Shown here one piece after another: positions 51,133 through 61,925 of a stretch of DNA of 64,000 nucleotides (the stretch's first letter is position 1; each line of letters begins with the position of its first letter). A program made the translations under genes and the position numbers. The notes under the pieces were generated by a model. The model had not been told where the DNA came from and did no database searches. It worked only from the letters and a program-made list of their open reading frames with translations. Source of the stretch: Vitrella brassicaformis CCMP3155 (lineage: Eukaryota > Protista > Chromerida); assembly GCA_001179505.1 (NCBI GenBank), contig CDMY01000338.1:49572-113571 (forward strand), given 5' to 3'.

Positions 51133-53864
51133 CGTGTATGTGTGTGTGGATCTCACTGATTGAGTCTTTGCATTCCTTCTTGAGTTTGGCGGCCTTGTGC
51201 TGCTCCAGTAACTTGCCGGCGTCCACCACGTTGGCCACCCGCCGCTCACCCCCCGGCAGGAATGACTTGGTCGTCGGCTCAGCCAGACGCAGCGCGCTCG
51301 CCAGATTCACCAGAAACACCAGCTGACATGACAGCACCAAAACGGCCCACATCACATGACACACACACATGCGACACGGAGCGGAACGCGTCGGTCTCAC
51401 TCACCGTGGTCCGTCCGTGTGGGGACAGGCTGAGTGGGCCCTTGTCGTTGTTGGCCTCCTTTGGCGCCTTGGCTTTGCTGCCGGGTTTGGGTTTCTTCTT
51501 GCTGAGGAAGTGCAGGTGGCAGTTGTAGAGCTGCACCAGCTTGTGCAGGTGCACCTTGCCGTCCTTGTCACGGTACAAACTACACACACATGAATGAGGA
51601 GAGTCAAGGACGGACACACACACACATACATACATAATCAGTGTGTGTGGTGGGGGGGTGGGATGGCTGACGTGCGTGTCTGGTCAGTGTCGAGAAAGTG
51701 GGTGGGGTGCGCCTTGGGGTTGGCCAGCATGTCGCCCACACCAGGGATCTCACCCTTGGCTCGCGAAAACCCCTCACTCGGATCCTTCTGCACACACAAA
51801 CACACACACACACACACACGGGGGCGGGTGCATACAGCTGTTTTCTTTGTGTGCCCATGGGTCTGGTCTCTTCTGTGGACCGACCCCCTCCCTCACCATG
51901 AACCCCTCAGTGAGTTGTTCGAGCAGCAGGAGCTGTTCCATCCACACCCGCTTGATGGCCCGGCCCTTGTCCTTGAGCACCTCCCGCCGCCCCTCGTTGA
52001 GCATCTTGACCACCACCCGGCTCCTCTCGTCGCTAGGAGCCAGGCGCCACGGCGCCGCTACCGTCCTCTCACACACCTCGTCCTCACCCTCAGCGTCTTC
52101 CTCCTCTGTCTGTTGCTGTCGTTGCTGCTGCTGCTGTTCGTCGGTCGCCGCGTCCGGCATGCGGCTGTCGTCATCCTCGAAAAGAATAGACTCGCCACCG
52201 ATGTGCGGTGGCTTGCCGTCATCCGCTGCTGTGGTAGTGGGGGCCGCTGCATGGTCGTCGGGCTTGGCTGCGGAAGCTGCTGATGGCGCCTGCTGATCGA
52301 TGGAGGTGGGGTGGGTCTGTGGCGGGGGCTGCCGTGTGGGGGCGTCGTTTTCCTCCATCTTGACCTCATGCTGCTGCTGCTGCCCCTCGCCCTCACTGCA
52401 GGGTGGCTTGGTCTCGCCACTCTCAGCCTTGGGCTCACCATCGCCGTCAGCCCCCTCCTCCTTCTTGACATGTGCTGCGTCTGCCGACTCAGCCCCACCC
52501 GCACCCTCCTCCCCTCCCTGCCCCCCTCCCTGGTCCTCCTTCTTCACTCCTGTGGCATTGTTGACGGACCTTTTGGGCGGGAAGAGGTAGGTGAGCGGCT
52601 TGAGGGATGCGTGTGGGTCGCCAGTCTCGGCGAGCCTTGTCTTGACGACGCGCCAGAAGGGGAGATGCCAGACGCCGAAGGTGACGTCGGCCTCCTGGTC
52701 AACCCGCCACTCGTCGTCCTCGTAGTTTTCGTCGGCAGGGTCGACCCGCTGCGGGCGGGCCATCTGGCGGAGGGACTCCTTGTCGTCCTCGGACTCGCTG
52801 GGGCTGGGGCTGCTGCTGCTGCTGCTGCTGCCTTCGGATGGGGCGCTGAAGTCGCTGCCGGCCTCCTCGCTCTTGGCGTCATCGGCTTCCTCCTTCTTGA
52901 CCTTCTTGACCTGACCCGGACGGAGGCGACGTGCATAGCACACGTGAGCAGAGTTCTCTCCTCCATGAGGGTACTACCTACCTTTGTCTTTTTGTTTTTG
53001 GTCTGCTTTTCCTTCTTTATCTCCTTCTTCTTGTTGTTGTTGGCTGGTTTGGCTTTCTTGCGCTTGGGCCCACCCGGCTTGTCCCTCTCCTCGATGTGCA
53101 GGTCGTCCTCTGCCGACGCACAACCAACCTGAATGAAGGCAAGCAGCAACACAACCAAGGAAGGACACATTACATATATCGCAGTGGCATGTGTGCAATG
53201 TGCATCTGCCGGCATGATATGATGCAGCCGAGCCGACCTTCTCGGTAGCCGGCTCCTTCCGCTTCTTGCGATTCTCCTCGGGCGCCTCCTCCATCTCACC
53301 TGCAGTGAGTGCAGCACACACGCAGCCAGCCAGGCAGCCAGATGTGCATCCACGCAAAGGCATTTGGTTCGTGCCTTACTACGTTTCCGCCTTGGCGGCT
53401 GCTGCCGCTCGCCACCACCCTGGTCCGATTTTTCATCCACCCTCTCCTTGCCCTCACTCCCGCTATGACCGTCACCCTTCCCGCCGCCGTCCGCCCTGCC
53501 GCCATCGCCATCCTCCTCCTCGTCCTCTATGACCAGCTCATCCTCCTCACCCGAATCCACGCCGCCATCTGCACCGCCACCCTGTTTGCCATCGCCATTC
53601 TGCTCCTCCTGTTTTGCTTTCTTTGGAGGCGGCGATGGGTCGGGACTGCGCTCGCTGTGGCGCTTGCCGGGCTGCTCGGCCGCCGGCGCCATGCTCTCGT
53701 CTTGGTCATCGGCAGCTGCTGCATTGGACTCGCGCTGAGGCCTCCGCAGCCGACGACCTCTTTTCCTGTTCCAATTCACATGTGATGTGATGATGATATG
53801 AGCATGGGATCTTCGCATCGGTAGTGGGATTGTGGCTGGCTTACCTTGGAGCGCTATCGTCCAT
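45259..53864 (-). CDS. Very large low-complexity (acidic, Pro/Ala/Gln-rich) protein containing an Mrc1/Claspin-like segment
   Basis: Exon 1 MDDSAPR (ATG 53864, donor GTAAG) splices in frame to the 53766 exon. Long coding exons in ORFs 52544..53818, 51774..52943, 48811..50289, 47885..49066 and 45469..46860 could be joined in frame at the junctions checked. The segment FFEAEADDEEDDDGIGG...AALHQEWLHEQEEEILEAVFKG..RRRRRG resembles the MRC1 domain. Confidence 0.6.
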
Positions 53865-54129
53865 ATGCGATGCTATTCCAACGCACAAACAGCGGCCGGG
53901 AATTCCTCGCCAACTCCCCGTGAAACCACAGACGAGAGAGAGAACTGGAAAAGGCAAGCGAAATCAGGGCGAAAGGGGCGAGTGGTGGATACACACGGGC
54001 CTGTGTCGCTTCATGTGTGTGACCTGACCTGCAGATCTCCCCATCCCCTCTCTCCCAACCAAGGAAGGCAGGCATCATTCATCACCCAAGGCAGGCAGGA
54101 AGGCGTTGAAGGTGAGTGAGTGAGCATCG

Positions 54130-55498
54130 ATGGCCGAGCTTGCGGTAGAGAAGTACGTGGCCGAGTGCATCGGCACCTTCTTCCTCGTACTCACGATCGG
54201 GTGCTGCGTCATCAACGGTAAGTAAGGAGGCTTTGGGGGGGTATCATAACAGCAGGGCTCACACACCGACAGCAATCTCTGTGTGATGGCGCATTTGTTC
54301 GTGTAGGTGTGCCGTTCGCTCCCCTTGCCATCGGGGGCATCCTGATGGTCATGATCTTCGCTATGGGCTCGGTGTCAGGTGAGCGAATGACGGCACACAC
54401 AGACACGCAGGCAAAGATCTATCCACCTACACGGCCCATCCATCCATCCATCCATCCATCGTCTGTTCTCCCCTTGGTTGCCACACTATCTATGCAGGCG
54501 CTCACTTCAACCCCGCTGTGACGACTTCTGTTCTAATCAGTGGCCGACAGAAGATCACGCCCCAAGACGCCTGCCTCTACATGCTGGCACAGCTGGTACA
54601 CACACATCTCGCATCTGGCAGACATACAACGCACAAGGCCTTGAGAGTGGGTGTAGGTCGGTGCTTGCTTGATGCCTGTGTTGTGTGTGCAGGTGGGCGG
54701 TCTGCTGGCGGGTCTGGTTTACTGGTACCTCACCGGCCTGACCTTCGCACTTGCGCCCGGCAAGACACACAACTGGCTTGATGCGTCAGTGGCTGAAATG
54801 TAAGACAGACAGACAGACAGACATGCAGAATGTGGGGAGGGAGGCAGTGGGGGAGTTGCCGTGACCTGTGCTGTGCTGGGTCCATCCATGTACGTGTCAG
54901 CCATTCCTTGGTTCGTTCAGGTTCTTCACGTGCGCCCTGTGCTTCGTCGTGCTCAACACTGCCACTACCAAGGAGGTGCGCTCACGCGACGGATGGATGG
55001 GGGACGTTTTTGCTTGATCTGTGCGTGTGTGTCTTTGGCTGGGTGGGTGGGGGTGGCTGGCTGCAGGACTCGCCAAATCACTACTTCGGCCTCGCAATCG
55101 GGTTCACCGTCATGGCCTCGGTGACTGACCGCAGTTGAAGAATGAATTGTGCTTCTCACTTATGTGTATCAATCATGTGCGTCGCGTCACACGTGTGATG
55201 CAGGCCTTTGCGATCGGGAGCATATCAGGTGCGTCGCTGAATCCGGCGGTGTCGTTCGGCAGCCTGATGGTGCACGGCATCCGCACGGGCGGTGGATGGG
55301 TCTACTTCCCTCTCTACCTGCTCGTCCCATTCGTCGGGAGCGCACTCGCCGCTGGTGCGGACGGACACGACGCATCAACACACTACTGCTAACACGCCGA
55401 CCGCACTTTCCTTTGTGTGTGCAGGTTTGTTTTACCTGGTGCGGCCGGCCGAGTATGGGTGGAAGCGAGCAGAGGGCGATTACAGGCAGATCCGATAG
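54130..55498 (+). CDS. AQP: Aquaporin (MIP family), 8 exons
   Basis: KYVAECIGTFFLV, SGAHFNPAVT, AEMFFTCAL, YFGLAIGFTV, SGASLNPAVSFG (two NPA motifs); ends DYRQIR*. Confidence 0.95.
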
Positions 55499-56436
55499 AC
55501 ATCTGAGATAGATAGATAACCAGACACAGAGAGAGAGAGAGAGATGTAGACAGACAGGCATAGGCGTTAGTACTAGATGATGATGATGACAAGCCCAGCC
55601 TCATCGATGCATCGATCGCACTCGCTCGTCAGCTTCCTTCCGAGAGGAAGCGTTTCTTCCCGTCTGTCTGTCTGCCATCTATGCCAGGCGGTTTTCGCAG
55701 AGAGAGGCTGGCACAGCGACAGAGAGGCAGACAGAGCGGCCTGCCTATTTTTAGTCAGTCGATGGAGCACTCGGACGGACAAGGGACAGCGGGTGTGGTG
55801 TGGCCTACGTGTGTGTGTGGGCACGGACGTTTTCTACAGTCAGCCAGGCACACAAGAAGGAACCTGATCGACCCTGTGTGTGTGGTGTGGTGTATTGTGG
55901 TCAGTGAGAGGGAGGGTGAAACGGCGTAAGTATGTTTGCCATCGAAATCGGAACGCTGTTGTGTAGCCGAGCCGCTTCAAGTTGATCGCGGTCAGTCTGT
56001 CCACTCCTTTCCATGCATCACTTGTCGAAACCAGCGGCAAGTACTTAAGCGTCATTTGTTTTGCATCACTAGTACTTGTCGATCACGCGTGAGTTTCATC
56101 ATGATGTACGTAGGTAGCTAGCCAGGCGCACACACACATATACACACAAGACGAAAAGGCCAAGCACTCACAGCGGTGCTTGTGCCACAGACAGACAGAC
56201 AGACAGACAGAGAGGCAGACACAGACACAGAGACAGAGAGACAGAGAGAGGCACACACACACGGCTAGAGAGGCACACACCCACGACTCACTCATGCACG
56301 GCAGGCATGACATACATACAGCTTCTCGAACGGCACATACACATGATGCACAGAGCCGACAGACGTATGGCAAACAAGCACGCACACACGCACACACGAG
56401 TGAGTTGAGTGCTTTCCACGTACGGCTCACTCATGA

Positions 56437-56736
56437 NNNNNNNNNNNNNNNNNNNNNNNNNNNNNNNNNNNNNNNNNNNNNNNNNNNNNNNNNNNNNNNN
56501 NNNNNNNNNNNNNNNNNNNNNNNNNNNNNNNNNNNNNNNNNNNNNNNNNNNNNNNNNNNNNNNNNNNNNNNNNNNNNNNNNNNNNNNNNNNNNNNNNNNN
56601 NNNNNNNNNNNNNNNNNNNNNNNNNNNNNNNNNNNNNNNNNNNNNNNNNNNNNNNNNNNNNNNNNNNNNNNNNNNNNNNNNNNNNNNNNNNNNNNNNNNN
56701 NNNNNNNNNNNNNNNNNNNNNNNNNNNNNNNNNNNN
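56437..56736. other. Assembly gap (300 N) hiding the body of one peptide-precursor copy
   Basis: Immediately right of the gap, the minus strand reads ATG ATG AAG GTC C (start at 56749), the same start as the other copies. Confidence 0.9.
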
Positions 56737-58193
56737 GGACCTTCATCATCCTTGTCAGGGGCAGATGGATGGATGGATGGATGGATGGACGCGAGCAAGC
56801 AGACCACCAGCAGACCGAGAGGCAGGCACGAGTCAGTGACAGACAACAAAGAGCGGGCTGTGGGCAGCACTCAGGGATGCTTAAGCTGTCTGCAGAGTGG
56901 TCGGCAAAGAGATGCTCGCAGTCGAGTGGGGATGAGGAGGATGGATGGATGGATGGAGGACAGCTCAGGCTGGCAACAGTGGGTGGATGCAAAAGACACA
57001 AGGCCACCAAGACAGTCGCACGCACTGCAGAGAGAGAAGGGAGGGAGAGAAAAGAGAGGAGTCACACCTCTCGCTCGCTGCCAATCAGCCTGCGATGTAC
57101 CTCATCGTCCACCATGGCCGGCCGACTGTGAGTCACTGAGGGCAGGGCTGGTCTTCGAGCGGTGCGACCCGTCTGCACGCACCAACGAACCAACAGGCAC
57201 CACGCCAACAGAGAAAGAAGAACAAATGCATGCGCTGCATTCGTCATTGCATAGATCTGCTTCATTGGTGTGTTTCCCGATCACCTGACGACTTTCCCGA
57301 GCTCTCCAAGCGCGCAGACTTAGGACATTTCGTGAAACCGTTCTCTCACTTCTTTAAAGGGACAGAAAAAAAGGAAACAGAAAGACACCCGACGTGTACG
57401 ATCGGATCAAATATGTATCCACCTCTTTAGACATACATATGTATTGTCATCAGACCTGATGGATGGAAACGCACTGGGTGGATGGCTTCTGCAGGTACTT
57501 ATGTTCTGGTTGTGTTGCGGTGCATGGGGCTGCTTTCGTCAGGGGCGGCGTCCTTTTTTGACCCTGTGCCGCTTGCTTCGGCGACTCCCCCTCCCTCCGC
57601 TCTCTGATCCTGGCCAAGCAGGCCTCAGTGGCCGTCGAGGAGCTCAGACGTCTGTCTGCATGCGCGGCACCGGGCCCTCTCACTGCCGACTTGTTGCCGG
57701 CCATTTGCAGTGGACATAGCATCAGATCTGTTGTACCACCGCCGCCTGTTTAAAGTGGCCGGGCAGTGTCTATAATCTGCATTAATTGTCGTGTGGTTCT
57801 GCAGACGGATATCTATCTATTGGCATGAACGGGCCAATCAATTGGCAACACATCGATTTATCTAAGCGTCATTTATTTTGCATCACTTGTCGGTCACGCG
57901 TGAGTCTCATCATTCATTCATTCGACGTACGTGTCTTTCCACACACACCAACCAAATCGACACACTCTGTAGGTAGCTAGCCAGGCGCACACACACATAT
58001 ACACACAAGACGAAAAGGCCAAGCACTCACAGCGGTGCTTGTGCCACAGACAGACAGACAGAGAGGCAGACACAGAAACAGAGACAGAGAGACAGAGAGA
58101 CAGAGAGAGCACACACACACGGCTAGAGAGGCACACACTCACGACTCACTCATGCACGGCAGGCATGACATACATACAGCTTCTCGAACGGCA

Positions 58194-58493
58194 NNNNNNN
58201 NNNNNNNNNNNNNNNNNNNNNNNNNNNNNNNNNNNNNNNNNNNNNNNNNNNNNNNNNNNNNNNNNNNNNNNNNNNNNNNNNNNNNNNNNNNNNNNNNNNN
58301 NNNNNNNNNNNNNNNNNNNNNNNNNNNNNNNNNNNNNNNNNNNNNNNNNNNNNNNNNNNNNNNNNNNNNNNNNNNNNNNNNNNNNNNNNNNNNNNNNNNN
58401 NNNNNNNNNNNNNNNNNNNNNNNNNNNNNNNNNNNNNNNNNNNNNNNNNNNNNNNNNNNNNNNNNNNNNNNNNNNNNNNNNNNNNNNNNNNNN
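58194..58493. other. Assembly gap (300 N)
   Basis: Run of N inside a repeat unit. Confidence 1.
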
Positions 58494-58587
58494 CGACATG
58501 CAGACAGACAGACAGACAGACAGATCTGCCCGGCCCAGCCCACCCCAGCCCTGTCTGTCCCCGGCCCCTCTGTCTGTCCCTCCTTTG

Positions 58588-59392
58588 TCAATAACAGGGA
58601 CCGCCGCAAAGCGAAAAGGCATCATTTTGAAGCTTGGTGGCCTTCTTGTGCATATGATTCGCGAGATTGTGGGCCCCAAGACTCCCAGCAACATTGGCAA
58701 TGCCCCGTTTGAAATTTCCACCGAACTGTTTGAGCTTTCCAAGGAAGTTACCAAATTGAAGTCCCCTCCGCTCGGCGGCGGCGGCGTCGGGTCCAGATGA
58801 CGCGCTGATACGCTCCTTGCGGAGGCTGTCGACGGTCATGCGGCTGCGGTCGTCGGTCCGGATGGCCGTGAGGGCCGACTCAAGATCCACAGGCGCCCCG
58901 CCTATCAGCTCGCGGAACTCAGAAGCTGTCTTGACCTCTGGCTCAACAACTGCAGTCAGTCGTTAACACACAACAGACATCCACTCACAGGTTGTGTGTG
59001 CGTCAGGAGGAACAGGCAGCACACATACCTGGTGCCTGAGCTGTCGACGACTGCTCCGTCTTGTCGTCTGCTGTTTCCACCGCCGTACGCACAACAGCCT
59101 CAGGCAGGACACCTGCACACACATAATATACACACACAGGAAGTATTGCCAGCCCGAGTCCGAGAGTGCAGACGTGTGGATGACTGACTGACTGACTGAC
59201 TGAGTGAATGGGTGTGTGCGTACCTTCAGTTGTGATTTCGTTGGCACCATCAGCTGTCCCGCCTCGCAATCGCCTCGCCAGCACAGAGGGTGCGGCACCA
59301 GCAGCAGCAGCAGCAACAGCAGGCGGCTGTGGATCAGCCGACGCCAGAGTGATGCCGACAACACACAGCAGCACGCTAAGGACCTTCATCAT
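58588..59392 (-). CDS. Secreted prepro-peptide, copy A (204 aa; exons 59392-59224, 59112-59029, 58949-58588); candidate antimicrobial/lytic peptide precursor
   Basis: All three exons join in phase 1 at canonical GT/AG, total 615 nt. Signal MMKVLSVLLCVVGITLASA, RRLR, acidic spacer, ERR, then GLQFGNFLGKLKQFGGNFKRGIANVAGSLGAHNLANHMHKKATKLQNDAFSLCGGPCY*. Function is inferred. Confidence 0.8.
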
Positions 59393-59759
59393 CCTTGTCA
59401 GGGGCAGTTGGATCGATGGATATACGCGAGCAAGCAGACCAGCAGCAGACCGAGAGGCAGGCACGAGTGAGTGACAGACGACAAAGAGCGGCCTGAGCAG
59501 CACTCAGTGATGCTAAGCTGTCTGCTGAGTGGTCGGCAGAGAGATGCTTGCAGTCGAGTGGGGATGAGGAGGATGGATGGAGGGCAGCTCAGGCTGGCAA
59601 CAGTGGGTCGTTGCAAAAGACACAAGGCCACCAAGACAGTCGCACTGCAGAGAGAGAAGGGAGGGAGAGAAAAGAGAGGCGTTTTTGAGCGTTTGAGCGT
59701 TAAAGAGAGGAGTCGCACCTCTCGCTCGCTGCGGATCAGCCTGCGATGTACCTCATCGT

Positions 59760-60400
59760 CCAACATGGCCGGCCGACTGTGACTCACTGAGGGCAGGGCT
59801 GGTCTTCGAGCGGTGCGCCCCGTCTGCACGCCCAATTGCAGCAGCTGGTCCAGGCTGTGCTCGATGCCCGCCGCTTCAGCCTTCAGCTGCAGGATGACAC
59901 ACACACGAAGACCATGCCAAACAAACTCATGCCAGCCTCCCAACTCGCAGCCGCTCACTTCGACAAGATGCCGTTTACCATATCATGCTCTAACTCGACA
60001 GAGGCAGGGGTGCATTCTTCCATGCATTCGTCGTCCCGCGCAGTAAACACCGCCCGCTCGTTATGGACAGCGACTATTTGAGCTGACGTTCATCGGCTCT
60101 GACACTCCCTCTCGTCCCTCTCCACGGCATCGTACGACTGTCGTACGGCGTCAGCCTGAGGGCTCTTGCTGTCGCGGCGGTGTAGCGGCAGCTCATCCAG
60201 TCTCAGCGAGCAGGGTCAGCCCCTCCCATACTTATGTACTGGTTGTGTTGCGGTGCATGGGGCTGCTCTCGTCAGGGGCGGCGTCCTCTTTTTGACCCTG
60301 TGCCGCTTGTTTCGGCGACTCCCCCTCCCTCCTCTCTCTGATCCTGGCCAAGCAGGCCTCAGTGGCCGTCGAGGAGCTCAGACGTCTGTCTGCGCGGCAG
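59760..60400 (-). pseudogene. Degenerate coding relic carried in the repeat unit upstream of the peptide gene (also at ~62290-62930)
   Basis: Exon-like stretches LRLDELPLHRRDSKSPQADAVRQSYDAVERDERECQSR*TSAQ...HDMVNGILSK| and LKAEAAGIEHSLDQLLQLG have splice-like boundaries but in-frame stops. Confidence 0.3.
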
Positions 60401-61461
60401 CGCAGCGGGCGCTCTCACTGCCGACCCTGGCTTGTCGCTTATGTAGCCACTTGTTGCCGGCCATTTGCAGTGGACATAGCATCAGATCTGTTCTACCAAC
60501 CACCGCCGCATTAATTGTCGTGTGGTTCTGCAGACGGATATCTATTGGTATGAATGGACCAATCAATTGACAACACATCGATCGATCTAAGCGTCATTAT
60601 TTTGCATCACTTGTCCACCACTCATGAGTCTCATCATTCATTCATTCATTCATTGACACACTCTGTACGTAGCTAGGCGCACACACACATATGCACACAA
60701 GACGAAAAGGCCAAGCACTCAAAGCGATGCTTGTGCCACAGACAGACAGACAGACAGAGAGGCAGACACAGAGAGGGAGAGAGGTACACAGACATGACTC
60801 ACTCCTGCACGGCAGGCATGACATACATACAGCTTCTCGAACAGCGCATACACATGATGTACAGAGCCGACAGACGTAGGACAAAGAAGCACGCACACAC
60901 ACGTGAGTGACTGACTGAGTGAGTTAGTGCTCCCTCCCACGTACGGCTCACTCATGACTCACACGACCGACCATGCATCGCTAGCGTACACAAACAACGC
61001 CTCGATTAGCGCCCACACCACCCCACACCCACGTCGCCACGCCCGCCTGCCCGCCCGCAAGCATCGACTAATCGAGTGTCCTCGATCGATCTGGCTCCTG
61101 TCCTGTCTGCCTCACGGCTGATGGACAAAAACGCAGGCGATGGAATGTGTGTGTGTGTGTGTGTGTGTGTGCTCAGTGAGTGCCGCACACACAGTCCACA
61201 CACTCAATAATCTACACACTAGGGTAAGTACTTACACAAACAATTACTCACCCACCTACACATGCACACATCTGACTGACTGACTGACTGACTGTGCTGC
61301 CTGGCTGGCTGGCTGGCTGGCTGAGTGATTCATATCAACACGGCACTCACTCACGGCCAGCGCAGCATGCAGCGCACGCACGACAGGCAGACAGACAGAC
61401 AGATCTGCCCAGCCCAGCCCAGCCCTGTCTGTCCCCGGCCCCTCTGTCTGTTCCTCCTTCG

Positions 61462-61925
61462 TCAATAACTGCAGTATTGATTGTAGCCGCAATACTTGTC
61501 GGCCTTCCTGTGAAAATGCTCCGCAAGATTGTAGGCCCCAACAGCGTTTGCAAAATTGGCAACGCCCCGTTTGAAATTTCCGGCGACCTTTCTAAAGAAT
61601 TCACCAAGAAGTCTCCTCCGATCGGCGGCGGCGTCGGGTCCAGATGACGCGCTGGTAGTCTTGACCTCTGGCTCAACAACTGCAGTCAGTCGTTAACACA
61701 CAACGGACACTGACTGACTGACAGACTGAGTGAGTGAGTGGGTGTGTGCGTACCTTCAGTTGTGATTTCGTCGGCACCATCAGCTGTCCCGCCTCGCAAT
61801 CGTCTCGCCAGCACAGAGGGTGCGGCACCAGCAGCAGCAGCAGCAGCAACAGCAGGCGGCTGTGGATCAGCCGACGCCAGAGTGATGCCGACAGCACACA
61901 GCAGCACGCTAAGGACCTTCATCAT
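61462..61925 (-). CDS. Secreted prepro-peptide, copy B (129 aa; exons 61925-61754, 61679-61462); candidate antimicrobial/lytic peptide precursor
   Basis: Phase-1 GT/AG intron, total 390 nt, intact frame. Signal, RRLR, acidic spacer, DRRR, then LLGEFFRKVAGNFKRGVANFANAVGAYNLAEHFHRKADKYCGYNQYCSY*. Exon 2 is absent from the ORF track in this frame. Confidence 0.8.

Noticed and set aside
61465-61611. LL-37 similarity as human contamination or horizontal transfer
   Set aside because: The peptide sits in a spliced gene with host-type microsatellite flanks, has a local paralogue, and has no cathelin domain; similarity is limited to a few residues.
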